Below, one piece after another: positions 32,901 through 45,966 of a stretch of 64,000 nt of DNA (its first letter is position 1; the number at the start of each line of letters is the position of its first letter). Origin of the DNA: Heteronotia binoei (taxonomy: Eukaryota). The stretch covers positions 43,710,001 through 43,774,000 of the forward strand of contig NC_083232.1 of NCBI RefSeq assembly GCF_032191835.1, read 5' to 3'. The notes below the pieces were generated by a model, which did no database searches, was not told where the DNA came from, and worked only from the letters and a program-made list of their open reading frames with translations. A program made the translations under genes and the position numbers.

Positions 32901-35646
32901 GCAGGCCCAGCTGATTTTTAGTTTCTACAGCAGTGGTCTCTAAGATGGAGAGAGGGAATGAAAAAAACAAACCAATGAACACCCTCCAGTATCTCTTCCT
33001 TGCTAGCTTATAAATCTTTGAGACCTTTGTAGAGGACAGAGCAAGGGACATAGGAGGGGAGCTTATGTGGGCTAGAGTTCCATTTCTTCCCTACCAATCA
33101 AACTAGACAGGCCCTTGCATTGTATTTTTTAAAAATCCTTACTGTTCAGAGGCAGGCAGTAGTCCATACAGGAATCTTCACTGTCAAATCGGTTCTCGTT
33201 CCCAAGACATCCCCCGTAGTAAAATTTCTCACAGGCCATTGAACTTAGGTTGAAGAAGTATTTCGATATTAAAGCTCTGCATAGCCCTTCATCAGATTCC
33301 AGTCGGCATATTTTAGGAACTTCTGAAGTGAAATGAAAAGAATTTAACAGATCATTAAGATGGCAATCTGAATTATACTTACAAACAGGGCTTTTTTTGA
33401 GCAGGAATGCACAGGAACACAGTTTTAGCTGGCTTGGCATCAGGGGTGTGGCCTGATATGCAAATGAGTTCCTTCTGGGCTTTCTGTACAAAAAAAGCCC
33501 TGTCTACAGACCTGTGGAGTGTTTGTGCGGCTCAGTCCTTCTTCAAACAGAGGCTCCATCATCTTTCCAAGCACAGAACATTTTACCACATGCTGGTATC
33601 GTGTGGTTGTTAGAGTGATGAGGTCGGGGCAGGACTTGCAATGACTGGCTCAGATCCTTGGCTCAACCATGGAAGCCTGCCAAGTGACCTTGGGCCTGTC
33701 ACAAATCACTCAGGCTAACCTATCCTCACAAAGTTGTCGTGAGGATTAAGAGGAGGAGCAGGAAACAAAGTGAAAGACTGCTTTGAGTCCCTGATCAGGG
33801 AGAAAAGTGGAATATAAAAGATAATAAGAATGATTTCATAAGTTCATGGTGTCTGAAAAAAGGGAGATTAGGTTGTCATCTAATATGTTTAGAACAGTTA
33901 TTCTTGTAGTTTTTCTCATGACCATTTATGGTAATTGTCTCTATGGCTGTCTGAAGTAGCTTCCTTCTGTTGAATTAAAAACTGCCATTTCCCCATTAAA
34001 AGGCCTTTACTGCTTCCTGCTCTTTCCAGCCCCAAAAGCTTTCTTGAATTTCCCAGGGTCCTGCCCCTTCAGGTCTGCTCTGCAGTATTCTGTCCGCCTC
34101 CACAGACTTTGCCTGTGGCTGGATCTAAACATCCAACAAGAGGATAGAATCCTGAGAAGGTAGAAAATACAGCTTGGGGAGTACTTTCATACTTGAAAAT
34201 CATTTTTTAATTATTTAAAGACTTAGTAAATGTGGAAACCAAGCTTGTTTATGTGTAGTGTACTGGAATCTGCCTCTCTACACACTGCTATTCCATTTCT
34301 GACCGACTCTCTTACTCATTCTTTCCCATAAACTCACACAAAGGCCCGTTTGAGGTAGTACAGTTCAGCTTACCACCCCATTATGGAGCATACATAGATG
34401 CAGGGATGGTCTCCCAAGTGCAGAAACAGGAACTTGTTTCTATCCTCTCTTGAACTCTCCATGCACATGACACATAGTTGGCCCACCCTAGTTTATGAGG
34501 TTCAAGGACATTTCAGGAGGTTGCAGAACACAGATTTAGAAACAGTGAAATAAAACGCTGCAGCAAAATCCTATTTCTGTAGGGCTGAAATTATACAGCA
34601 TGAACATCTCGAGTATGATCAACATGCAAATGTTAAATAAGCAGTTTTCAAAATCTGGATTGGCACTGATCAGAAACCAGCGGTAATGTTGAATTAAGCA
34701 ATGAAAACATCTCTGTGGTCTCAGAGATGGAAGAACATGTCAGAGATGGAAGAACATGTCAGCGGTGGACATGTCTCAAGCCAAGAATGCAAAATTCAGT
34801 TTTGGATCACAGTTCTCCAGTGGGGTGACTTACTTCTGATCATCCAGCAAGTTTTCTCACAATCTTCCTCAGTTAGGAAGTTATTGGCGTTCCCCTCACA
34901 ACCACCATAGATAAAGTTCTTGCAAGTCTGCGTGTATCGGTCATAAAACCACCTTTCATGAAGAGCTCGACAGGGTCCTTTAAGTGGTGGCTGCAAGCAG
35001 ATCTCTCGGTTGTCTATTGTGAAAAAGACAGAGAAGGTGCCTTAGTTACCACCTGGACCATCAAGGCTTTGTGTGGGTGAGAGGGGAATTCATACAACTA
35101 GATTCCGCTTCAACAACAGCATTCTTGGCAACAAAACAGTTTGGGCAAAACTACTAAATGACAAAGGGAGGGGGGAAGGACTATCTCAGACCCCACACAA
35201 AAACACTCCAGGAGAAAGTAAGTTATATGAGTGAAACATTCATGGGCTAAATTAGTTTGTAATTAACTTAGGCGTCAGCTGTTAGCCTAAACTTGCTTTT
35301 GAAAACTGGCCACTGCATATACCTGAATTTAGGAATAAGTACAGCGAACAGTGCTCCAGCATGCTATAAGTTTGTTTTCAAGAAATATATCCCTATATCT
35401 TTTTACTATTGCCCTTCCTCGCTTCAACTTCCATGCATATTTCTTGTTGGGTCGGGAGGAAGTGGAAAGCGCAGAAAGTTGTCTGTAAACGCGCATCGCG
35501 CCCTCAGTCCACCGAGCAAAGCAAAGAGAGAAGAGCCCCTTGAAGCGATTACCTTTCTTGACCGCCTGGGGACAGGCGTGCCCCAGAAGCAGCAAGAGGC
35601 AGCCTGCCAGCGACACGACCCGCGGGGTCCTAGAGGGCACCTGCAT
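29955..35646 (-). CDS. TFPI2: Tissue factor pathway inhibitor 2 (5 coding exons, 218 aa)
   Basis: Exons 35646-35553 (signal), 35013-34834 (KD1, GPCRAL...YDRYTQTC...YGGCEGNANNF), 33322-33143 (KD2, ...YFFNLSSMACEKF), 32220-32047 (KD3, PSFCYSPKDEGTCS...YSGCGGNENNF) and 29983-29955 (AGKKPKPRT*). 657 nt, open. Motifs match human TFPI2 as recalled, and the head-to-head position with a G-gamma gene fits known synteny. The last exon is the least certain. Confidence 0.93.
31757..31950 (+). mobile_element. 5S rRNA-derived SINE
   Basis: GGAAGCTAAGCAGGGTGAGCCTGGGCTAGTGCTTGG resembles the 5S internal control region, followed by a non-5S body. An inverted head-only copy is at about 45100-45205. Confidence 0.7.
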
Positions 35647-35724
35647 GGCCAAGAGAGGATGATCTCGGAGGGCGCCGGAGACGAAGAGGAGCAGAGAGCG
35701 CGTTTGGCGGCCTCTGCCCCATCC

Positions 35725-35810
35725 AGCCCTCTTTATAGGCGCAGCTCTACTGGCCGTCTGCGCCCTCCCTCGCGGGGACGGCGGAGGAGGGCTGATTCAC
35801 GCTGCTTTCT
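35725..35810 (-). promoter_or_regulatory. TFPI2 core promoter (TATA, GC boxes, AP-1-like site) in CpG island
   Basis: TATAAA on minus at 35732-35737; TGAATCA on minus at 35793-35799; CpG-rich about 35.45-36.0 kb. Confidence 0.65.
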
Positions 35811-37714
35811 GGAAGGCGATGCGAGTCCTTGGCGGCTGCCTGCTAGCGCCCCGCGCGTCATCGCCCTTCTTCCCAAAGTTAACGCTCGTTACTTCGGCTG
35901 GGAGCGGGGGAAGGCGAGGTCGAGGGGCAGGGAGAGGAGAGGAGAAGGGAGCCCGGGACAGCCCCAGCTCTGTTAAATCAAACCGGGGTCCCCCCCCCCC
36001 CCAGGACACAAAGTTTTACACACTTTCCCCTTTGCGTCTACAATTCCATCCAAGCTAGCAGAACTTGGGCGAAAGCGATTAAGTCCGCTTCAAGAGAATA
36101 TTGGGCCAAGAATATCGTAAATGTATCAGATGCCATCGCTGGTCTTTTCTGGTAAAAGGTTCCGAGGGTGTCCACAGTAGACTCTCTTATCTGGAAAGAA
36201 GTCCCATTGAACACCGTGGAGTATTTCGCAACACTCCAAAGATGAAAATCGACAAGTCTCCATCTCAGTGCCGGCTCGTAGGCATTCTGAGTTCTCGGCT
36301 CCATCCAAGGGCTGTATTTACTTCTTTCCCCGCACTGGCTATGCGGTAGCCTAGCCTTCAGTGAGATGGTCACCCAAGAAGTCAGTTTTGATAAGGACAG
36401 TGTGCAGTGAATGGTTAGAGAGCCAGACTAGGATCTGGGAGAGAGAGACAGGTCTGAATCCCCAGCCTGCCATGGTGGTACCCCCTCAGTCTCTCTCTCT
36501 TAGCCCTACCTCACAGGGCTTTTGTGAGGATATAATGGAGTAGGGGAAGGCACTATTCTAAGCTGCTTTGGGTTCCCATTGAAGAGAAATGCAGGATATG
36601 CAGCATAAAGAAGTAAAAATGCCTAAAAAGATAAGCATTCTACAATCCATTCTTGGCATTCAGAATCTACTTTGACAGGTGCAATGTGTGAATCAGTAGG
36701 CTGTGCACTTATATGCCCAGAGATGTATGCTAAACGAAAGATGCATTTGCTTGGAAAATCTCTAAGATACCTCCTGGGGAGGGGGGAGTTAAAGGAAAGG
36801 TGACTGCCAAAAAGCAGAACTAACATAAAATAAGCACAGAAATTGACCAAGGATAGAGACCACAAAAGACAGACTATTGTAAAGCTAGAGTTAGTATATG
36901 AAAGTGGATTTATTTTTGAACAGGGTCAGGGTCCATGGATATTCGACTTTTTAACCATTGCAGTAGACTCCTGGTTAGAAGTTCTTGCACAGAAAATTTG
37001 TCTGTTCTAATCCACAGACTTGTGTCTTAGACAGTGTGCTTGCAGCTTTCAGTTACTCAACATGCACTAATATTTTAGGCTATAGGCACAGGACCATTAA
37101 GAAGGAGTGCTGAAAGTTTCACAGTGCTCATAGTTTTACTGAGAAATCTATGACTGACCATTATCAATTTAAAAAGTTAGAAATGTCATATTATAAGGCA
37201 GTAAGGGCCTGTCAGTTTGTATTATCATATATCTTGCATACCTGTGCCTGTATAAATAAAATAATTATGAAAGAAATACCTCTTATCTGTCATTGCTGTT
37301 TTATCTATTCTTGGTCAATTCATGCACTGTTTGTACTATATCCCTCACATTTGGCAGGAATTCAGTAATAGTTTGGAAGAGTATTACTTCATTTTTAGAA
37401 AGTGGCTATCAATGAAGATCAGATTTCTTTCTCAATAAATTCAGCCTCAAAATGCCACCTAAACAGCACACTGGAGTAAATGTAGTGGATTTCCTGTGAA
37501 ATCTACAGAGCTTGGAGACTGCCCTGCCTGAGGCATCTCAATTTCCTCCTTTACTCTGAAAGACAATTATTTCTTTTCCTCTGACCTCTAGCTTCCTTGG
37601 AGTTGCTTCTTTCACAGGCTCCATGACGTCAGCACAATGCTCCTGGGACAAGACCACTGAAGGAGCTCCTCCCTGTGCCAGCACAAAACTCATTTTCGGA
37701 ATATAAATCTAGGT

Positions 37715-37915
37715 GGGTAGCCATGTTAGTCTGAAGCAGTGGAACAAAGTTAGAGACCAATGGTACCTTTAAGACCAACAAAGTTTTAGTCAGGGTGTGA
37801 GCTTTTATGTGCACACACTCTTCAGACAGTTTCTGTCTGATGAAGTGTGCCATGCACCTGAAAGCTCACAACCTGAATAAAACTGTGTTGGTCTTAAAAG
37901 GTACCATAGGACTCT
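37715..37915. mobile_element. Older Penelope inverted pLTR pair with degenerate hammerhead motif
   Basis: Imperfect inverted repeat centred near 37830; CTGATGA at 37837-37843, stem, GAAAGCTC from 37860. Related single pLTR scraps at about 13.3, 27.6, 29.0, 40.0, 46.4, 52.3-52.9 and 57.4 kb. Confidence 0.6.
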
Positions 37916-40292
37916 AATGTGTTCCATTTTCTGAATGCTAATGATGGGATAGAAAGCAGCTGCAATTCCAGAAATATCAGATTTTACCTCTATGTGACGT
38001 CTGATTCTGAAAGCTTAGATGTTAGCAGTAACTGACATCTCTTATTTATGGGTTTAAGTGATAGAGGATTTTATTAACAGTAGGTCTGTTAATAAAGTAA
38101 TCCATTGCTTTGCAATCAGACTACCATTAGCCTAATACACAAATCTGCAAATCTTCATTTACTTCAGTCATTTACTTCACCTATCTGCAGGTGAATTAAT
38201 TGGAAGACAGCAATAGCTACATATGGTTGTACCTAATATGTCTTCTGTCTGCATGAAGCTGGACGATCTCCCTAGAATTTAATAATCTCACTATACCTGA
38301 AAATAATTCATGGACTTTCTCAGTTGAGCAGGTCACTTAAGAAGAGAGAAGATCACAGTGTATGTGATGTTTATAGTATTATTATCATCACCATCCTTTT
38401 ACTGCACTGTATTCTACCTTTGTCATGGATAGACTTTATTTTTTTTCCTTTTGTAATCCTAGTTCTATTGCATTGTTTAATAGAGATTCTTGGAGACTGA
38501 TTTAAAAATAATTGTAATCCACCTTGAGTCTGACAGGAAAGGCAGGCTACAGATGAAATGAAATCAAATATAAATTATCTGCCAATTCTTTGGGGAGAGT
38601 TCTCCATACAGCCAGTTTGCTCAAGACATGCCACTAAATGCTCAGATCTTTGCTTTATCCTTTGACTTAGAAAACAGGAAGTGAACAATAAGGAAATTTG
38701 CTCAGTTTCTTTTTCTGGTAGACTTCCATGAAGCATCCAATATATTGGCCATCGCTGGAGACAGGAGACTGAACTTAACAAAAGGTGAGCCATATTATAG
38801 TTCTGCTATTTATGGAGCTAGGTATTGTTAGTCTTCCAGGAAGGCTGTTGAGCATACTGAAGAGTGTTAGAAGTTAACTCCTGCTGGTTCAGACCCAAAG
38901 TGCATCTTGTCCAGCATCCTGTTTCCCACAATGGTTTCCAGATGCCATCAGGAAGCCCACAAAGCAGGTCAAGAGCCATCCTTGCTGGTGCTCCTCCCAA
39001 CCAGTGATACTCTACAAAGGCTCTACAAAGTGAAACATCTACTCTGAAGTGTCTGCACCCTTTCAACTGATTTGTTCTACTGTGCTAGGTGTAAAGAGTA
39101 GCATGGGCGTGAGGAATAACAATGAAAGTAGAATAAGTGGTGTACAAGCCTCAGTTATAAGTCATGTTAACAGGGCAGGAGGTCAGAACTCCTGTATTTA
39201 TAATGGCCAGTTTAACAACACCAACAAAAGTGAATCCCTGAGAGTCCAAGCTCAGAGCAAGCAGAAGACAGATGGCAGGATATGACTAACTACATCTGGA
39301 ATGGAATTCCTAGCATTAATTTCCCTAGAACAGATGATGACCTGAGTGAAAGCAAGGAAAGGGATCACAGTCATTCAGGCAAGAGAAGTCTCCAAAAATA
39401 ACTTCTACAAGAGAATTCCCTGCTACCTCTCACCTTTAAAATGGTCTTTTTATTCTTACCTGCTCATTTTATCTTTCTCTCTCTCATTGCTCTGATCATT
39501 TGCCATGCATTTTTCAGCTTATTATCCTCTTTCCTATTACCTATTTGCTTAATTTACAACCCACCTTTCTCACTGAGATTCAAAGTGGATCCCACAATGA
39601 AAACAATGCAATAAGAACAGTATAACACACTCCACAAAAAGTGATAGAGCTGCATAACAAAATGGTTGCAACAACTGTCTCCCTTTTAAGGCTTTCTAAG
39701 ATCTCATGTCTCCTTATTTTGTTCCTCAGATTTCTCCTTCTGTTATCTTTTATTCTCTTAATTGTGAATCCATTTGACCCCCTTTTCTTTTATGTCTCTC
39801 TTCCACTTCCATACCTTCCTTGTTATGCAACAGATTGGGTTTTTTTTTTAATCTAGTCAACAACAAGCTGGAGCAAAAACTGCTCTGCTGAAAAATTGCT
39901 GGCCATTCACAAAAGAGGGTTGCATAATGGTAACATGTGAAACAAAATGAAAAGCTTACAACCACAGTAGAGAACATCTACCAGGACCAAACAAGTCTGT
40001 GAGGTAGATCCAAGAGAGCAGCCGTGTTGGTCTGAAGCAGCTGAACAAAGCAGGAGTCAAGTGCACCTTTAAGATCAACCAAGTTTTATTGATAACATAA
40101 GCTTTTGTGTGCTCCCTAAGCACACTTCATCAGACGAGGGGCTCAGGTATTGTGGGCTGAAATACGTGCAGTTTGTTGTTTAAGAGAGCAAAGTGGATGT
40201 GGTCACATGATACAACAGTGTGGCTTGCCCATTTGGTCTGGATAGCCATAAAAGGTAATAACGTTCCCTGCCAATTGGAAGTCTGTGAGGTA

Positions 40293-40968
40293 TAGGCTTG
40301 CCAATCCCGAGGTCCCAGCGGGGGTTCTTCCGCTTTCCCAGGCTCCTTCCTGCCCCCAGTCAGTTGGCCGGTGGGGGGAAGCCCCACCCCCAAAGCCACC
40401 ATGTGACTTTCCCGCTCCGGAGGCTCCAGTCTTTGATTGGAAAGGCTTTCTCTTGGGATGGGGTGTCTGTGTTACTTGGAAGAAGTTGGGTGCAACTCGT
40501 GAGTAGAGAGGCCAATCCCTCACTTCAGAGTTGCCAGAAAGGGGGGGGTGGGAAACGTCTGCTGAGCACTTCATTATTCCCTATGTAGAGATTGATTCTC
40601 ATAGGGTGTAATGGGGTATTGATCTGGAGGTTTTGGGGGCTCTGGGGGAGCTGTTTTTTGAGGTAGAGGCACCAAATTTTCAGTATAGTATCTAGTGCCT
40701 CTCCCCCAAAGTACCCTCTAAGTTTCAAAACAATTGGACCACAGGGTCCAATTCTATGAGCCCCAAAAGAAGGTGCCCCTATCCTTCATTATTTCCTATG
40801 GAAGGAAGACATTTAAATAGGTGTGCTGTCTGTTTAAATGTGATGACCAGAACTCCCTTGGAGTTCAATTATGCTTGTCACACCCTTGTTCCTGGCTCCA
40901 CCCCCAATGTCTCCTGGCTCCACCCCCAAAGTCCCCAGATATTTCTTGAATTGGACTTGGCAACCCTA
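40293..40968. mobile_element. hAT-type MITE
   Basis: TIRs TAGG(C)TTGCCAA / TTGGCAACCCTA; perfect 8-bp TSD GTGAGGTA; inverted relative at 62406-62911. Confidence 0.85.
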
Positions 40969-42320
40969 GTGAGGTATGAGGGCAAAACTAGCCAAGACCA
41001 GGCAAGCCATTACATGATTTTTTGGGGCCATTAATAAGTTTAGCTAGAATCTATTAATAACTACTACAGTGGAAGTGTTCATGTTTATATTCCATTTATT
41101 CCTAGAAAGTTCAGAGTAGCTTAAATAGGGCTTCCAATGTTCTGCTCTCAAGTAACTGATCTGCTGTTTAGTGCAGTCCTAAGCAGAATTATACACCCTG
41201 GTGGAACACTCTTCTGAGAGAGATCAGGGCCCTGCAGGCCCAGGATTTGTTGGAGTTCTGCTGGGCCTACAAAATGAAATTGTTCTGCCAGGTATATGGC
41301 TGAGGGCAGTGATCAGCTCCATCTTGATAGTTTCCGTCTTGGTTTGGTCTCCCCCCTTTCTCCCTCTCTCCCCTTCCACCTCCTCTTTTTCCTTCTAATT
41401 AGACAACTATTCCTTATTTCCCCCTGAGATTACACCATCTTTTAGCTGTATAGTGGGAAATATTTATTATGTATTTTATTGTAACTATAAATGAATTGAA
41501 TGTTTTTACAAATGCTTTGAGCCTGATTTCAAGGGAGAGTGGGTTGTTTATCATCATCTTCATCTGACTGCACTGAAGCCTTAGAAGGGTTTAACTTTGC
41601 ACTGCAAGTCCATGTTCATTTAGCTAATCATTATGGCCTTCTTCTTATTATTATTATTTAGAAAATGTGCATATTTCCCCTTCACACCAGCTCAAGGTAG
41701 CTTACTATTAAAACAATTACAGCAAAATGAAATGAGCAGTGATGAATTCCATAAAAACAAATCATACCAGTAAAACAAAAAATCCAGGTAGGAAAAAAAT
41801 AAATGACAAGTCAATAAAAAACACCAATAAAAACTGATCAATAAAAGCCTTGAACAGTCAGAAATGATAAAATGGAACAGTCTGAAATGATACTGGTAGA
41901 ACAGTTCTCAGGCTATCAGCACTTAAAAATTCAAAGTCTGGGTGTGGAGAAGTGTTTTGAGCTGGCATCCAGAAAAAAAATTTCTTCCCTGGAGCCTTGT
42001 CTGCATCTTAATACTAAACATTGCAGACGTGTTATGTTGTTGTGGTTGTTATCCCATCCTCCCCTGCAATCAGGCTCAGGGCGGATAACATACATAGTTA
42101 ATAAAATGTATGATGGTGAACCAATAATTTAACAGAGCTCCCAGATACTTGCTGTATGTGTGCCCCAAAGGGCCAGCATATTGAGCAAGTGGGGGAGAAC
42201 TGCCATCTATGGCACAGGTTGACATAGTGCACAACACAGGGGTGGACTGAAGCAAAGGAGGAAGATGTAATTGGGAACAAAACAAACCCCAATGGTATGC
42301 TCTTGGAAAGGCATTTTTGT

Positions 42321-42511
42321 TAGGGTTGCCAGACTCCAGGTGGGGCCTGGAGATCTCCCACCTTTACAACTGATCCCCAGGTGGCAGAGATCAGCTCCCC
42401 TGGAGAAAACAGCAGCTTTGAAGGGTGGACTCTCCCCTCCCAAGCCCTATCCTTTCCTGCATACACCCCCAATATCTCCAGGTATTTGCCAACACAGACC
42501 TGGTAACCCTA
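42321..42511. mobile_element. About 190-bp MITE
   Basis: TIRs TAGGGTTGCCAG / CTGGTAACCCTA; no clean TSD. Confidence 0.6.
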
Positions 42512-43430
42512 ATGTGCGCTCAGTGCATGGATCAAGACAAATCAATCTTAATATAAATGTTGAAAGAACTAATGCATAAATATGCAGTTGCCAGAGGGTT
42601 TCTTGTCTTCTTTGGGAGAAAGTCTGCCCTAATGGTTTTTCTAGAAGCTTTTTTTTGTTTTGTTTTTTGGTAAATCATTCTCTGACCCTCCTCCAAGCCC
42701 TCCTATTGTTTGGCCTCTCCAAGCTGGCACACAGAAGGACCAGGCATTTCCTTAGCAAACCTGTTTCCTCTTGACCACTCTGAATGGCTAGCTTTCCCAT
42801 TGTAGAGAAAGTTAAAAGCAGGCATCCTGTCTCTGACGGCTTTCCTCCATCCAGTCCCCCTCCCTTCACTCCACGCACTGCCAGCTCTGTTCAAGTACGT
42901 TAGAGATGATAGTGAGGATTTTTTTGCCTATAGGTGTACTAATCCCAGATTAACAATTCTAGGATTTCAGTGGATTGATCAATGATGCTCCCCAGAATCT
43001 TGCTGGTGATCATCCACTATTCTATGTAGTACAAAAACAGCAACCCTGATTCTTATGGTTGTACTTTAGGAAGGTTTGAAAACTTTTGGAGTGCTGTAGA
43101 GACAGAAGAGGATGGTTTTCCAAGCACGTGTAATAGCAAGGTCTGCTTGAGACAGTGGAAGGAGAGAGGTCAAACTGTGCGGTTTAATCAGCTTAAGACA
43201 GATTCTGCTGATGAATTAAAATCTTGTAACTAGTTACCAGGAGTCTGGAAAGCGGGTTGGCTGGAGAGTCTGCTACCATTCCAGGCAATCAGGAGACACT
43301 CACAACAAAAGTAAGGATTTGGGGCTAGGAGTGGAGTGGATGGAAGAGAGGGAGAAGGGGAGGGGGGCTTCTTATACAGCCAGCTGCATTCTTCAACCCA
43401 CTGTAATGCCTCTGTGTGTGTCAACCAGCG

Positions 43431-45966
43431 ATGCCGGCGATTAATATGGAAGATCTGAGCGAGAAGGATAAACTGAAAATGGAAGTGGAACAGCTCCGGA
43501 AAGAAGCAAAGTTGCAAAGACAACCGGTGAGTGCGTACCTGGCAGCGCTTTCCCCTAGATTTTGGAAGAAGTATTTGGAGTAGCTCCTGTTTCCCTGGCA
43601 GATTAGTCTCTGCTGGGCTTTTGGAGGATGGAAGGGGGGAAGAGAAGAGGCATGTGAACAGCTGAAACAAGAGTTGGGGATGTTGTAAACAGAGCTGGTA
43701 CCTTTAACAATTTGAAGTAATTTGCCTGAAAAGAGGTTTGTTTTAGTACCATTTCCCTTCATTGCAAGCCACCTCCCCCCCCCCCCATAGTTTATTAGGA
43801 AAACTGCAGAACTTTCCAACTTTCTAGACTGATACACACAAAAATCTCCCTTTGCATATTAAGCTTAAAAAGAAGGGGTAAAGCCTAAGTTTATTCTGTT
43901 GTAGAAAGTGACCACAGCAGGGATGCTCTCTAATGAGTAGCTCATTAAATTCCAGAAATTGTGGAGGAGGGCTTTGGAAAAAAATGCAGAAAGGATTAAT
44001 TTCCATACTAGGTTACCCATGTCCCCCTTTTTGCTTGGTTTCTGCCACCTCCTTACTTTCAGTGGTAAAACAGGAAAAAATGCAATAGGAAAATGTAAGT
44101 AAATGAAATACTACAGGAAGATTTTGTTCAGTGATCCTGCCAAAAAGACCAGGCTCTGTACTCCCAACATCCAATGTCAGGCTCTTTCTCCTTACTGCAG
44201 TATAACTCCTCCTACTGTTTCTAAATCTCTTGCAGTGCAGCTGGGGGGAGAGGTACCTCAGCTTGAAATCAATGGGTTTAGCCTGGAATAACTCTGCATA
44301 GTCTCACACTGTTGCTAATAACGCTGCCAAGCTTCACCATCCCAACCATTAGGCAGACTGTCTGTTATTTAACTTATTATTATACTTTTATAGCCCTGAG
44401 GGTGGGAAGAACATTGAATTGTCCTCACACACCAAGTGTCTGGTGTTATCTCCATCTACCCTTCTTACCTCCCCTCCCAACAGAAGCATGATGCTTGGGA
44501 ACCACTCCTGAGAGGAAATGGCTATTGACATGAACTGTAGAGTTGATGGCAGAGCCTGAGGAAAAATAAAAAGCCTATAATTCCAAGGAAAGGGAGAAGC
44601 GTGAACAGGCTAATTGCGGGGTACGAAGGGCTACATTTGGAACCTTTTATTGCTGTGGTACAGCTCAGAGGAAATAAACAGTCTGATGACTCAGGAGGGA
44701 AAATGGGCACCTCTTGGAATTTTCAGCGCTGTGAGAAAATGTTTCCATATGGTACACAATATGGTGCATTTGTTGCTGTTGGATTTTTAGAAATTTGGGC
44801 AGCTTCCTGACATATCTACTTTACAGCCTTCAGAGAAGTAAAACAAACTGCAATTTTGTAAAGTTCATTAGATGGAATAGTGTGTAGCAGGAATGTCATG
44901 TCAACAATATGAAACACTATGATGCTGTGTCCCTCGAAGAACCAGGCACCACAAAACAATGACTACACCACTCAGTGTGTCATGACACATGACCCATTTA
45001 ATTTGCGGGGAAAGTGCTGTCAAATCACAGCTGACTCCGTAGGATTTTTGAAGGCAAAGATGTCCACAGGTAGTTTGCCATTGCCTGTCTCCACATTACA
45101 ATCCTGATATTCCTTGGAGGTCTCCCATCTAAATGCTAGCTAGGACTTGACCCTGCTTAGTTTTGGAAATCTGATGGAATCAGACTAGCCTGGGCTATCC
45201 AGAACAGAGCCTCTTTTTATTGTGTGTGTAAAAATGACATATTCCCACAACAAAAGCATTGTTTGAGAAACGTGTGAACATTTTTCCCAGCAAAAATTAT
45301 GATGTAGCAAGTTCCTACTATTTAAAGTGTGTTCTCACATGTAAAGGAGAGCCAGTTTGGTGTAGTGGTTAAGTGTGCAGACTCTTATCTGGGAGAACTG
45401 GATTTGATTCCCCACTCCTCCACTTACAGCTGCTGGAATGGCCTTGAGTTAGCCATAGCTCTTGCAGGAGTTGTCTTTGAAAGGGCAGCTTCTGGGAGAG
45501 CCCTCTCAGTCCTACCCACCTCACAGGGTGTCTGTTGTGGGGGAGGAAGATATAGGAGATTGTAAGCCACTCTGAGTCTCTGATTCAGAGAGGAGGGTGG
45601 GGTATAAATCTGCAGTCTTCTTCTTTAAATAAGTTTTTGGCTGTTTCATGGCTGCACAGCAAGGTGTGCATACATGTGTGTATAGCTTTTGGTACTTTCA
45701 TGAGGCATGGCAGCCAAAACAGCATGGGTAGGTACAGCCAATTTATGCTTTAACGCTGGAAAATTCTATTTTGCCTTCTTCCAGTGGAAAATGTTATCCC
45801 TGCATATAGAAACCAGATGTGTTTTTTCCCCCCTCTTAAGGTTTCTAAATGTTCAGAAGAAATTAAAAATTACATTGAAGAAAGATCTGGAGAAGACCCT
45901 CTTGTGAAAGGTATTCCTGAAGACAGGAATCCTTTTAAAGAAAAAGCAGGATGCATTATTGCTTAG
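43431..45966 (+). CDS. GNG11: G protein gamma subunit, GNG11/GNGT1 type (2 coding exons, 73 aa)
   Basis: Exons 43431-43526 (MPAINMEDLSEKDKLKMEVEQLRKEAKLQRQP, donor GTGAGT) and 45841-45966 (VSKCSEEIKNYIEERSGEDPLVKGIPEDRNPFKEKAGCIIA*). CaaX box CIIA. The second exon matches mammalian GNG11 better than GNGT1 as recalled; such genes are annotated under either name outside mammals. AATAAA at 46644-46649. Confidence 0.9.
45343..45625 (+). mobile_element. Squam3-like SINE in the G-gamma intron
   Basis: Same family as 2032-2307. Confidence 0.85.

Noticed and set aside
36038-36373. Overlapping ORFs upstream of TFPI2
   Set aside because: No motif, no convincing splice structure; cannot support a gene.
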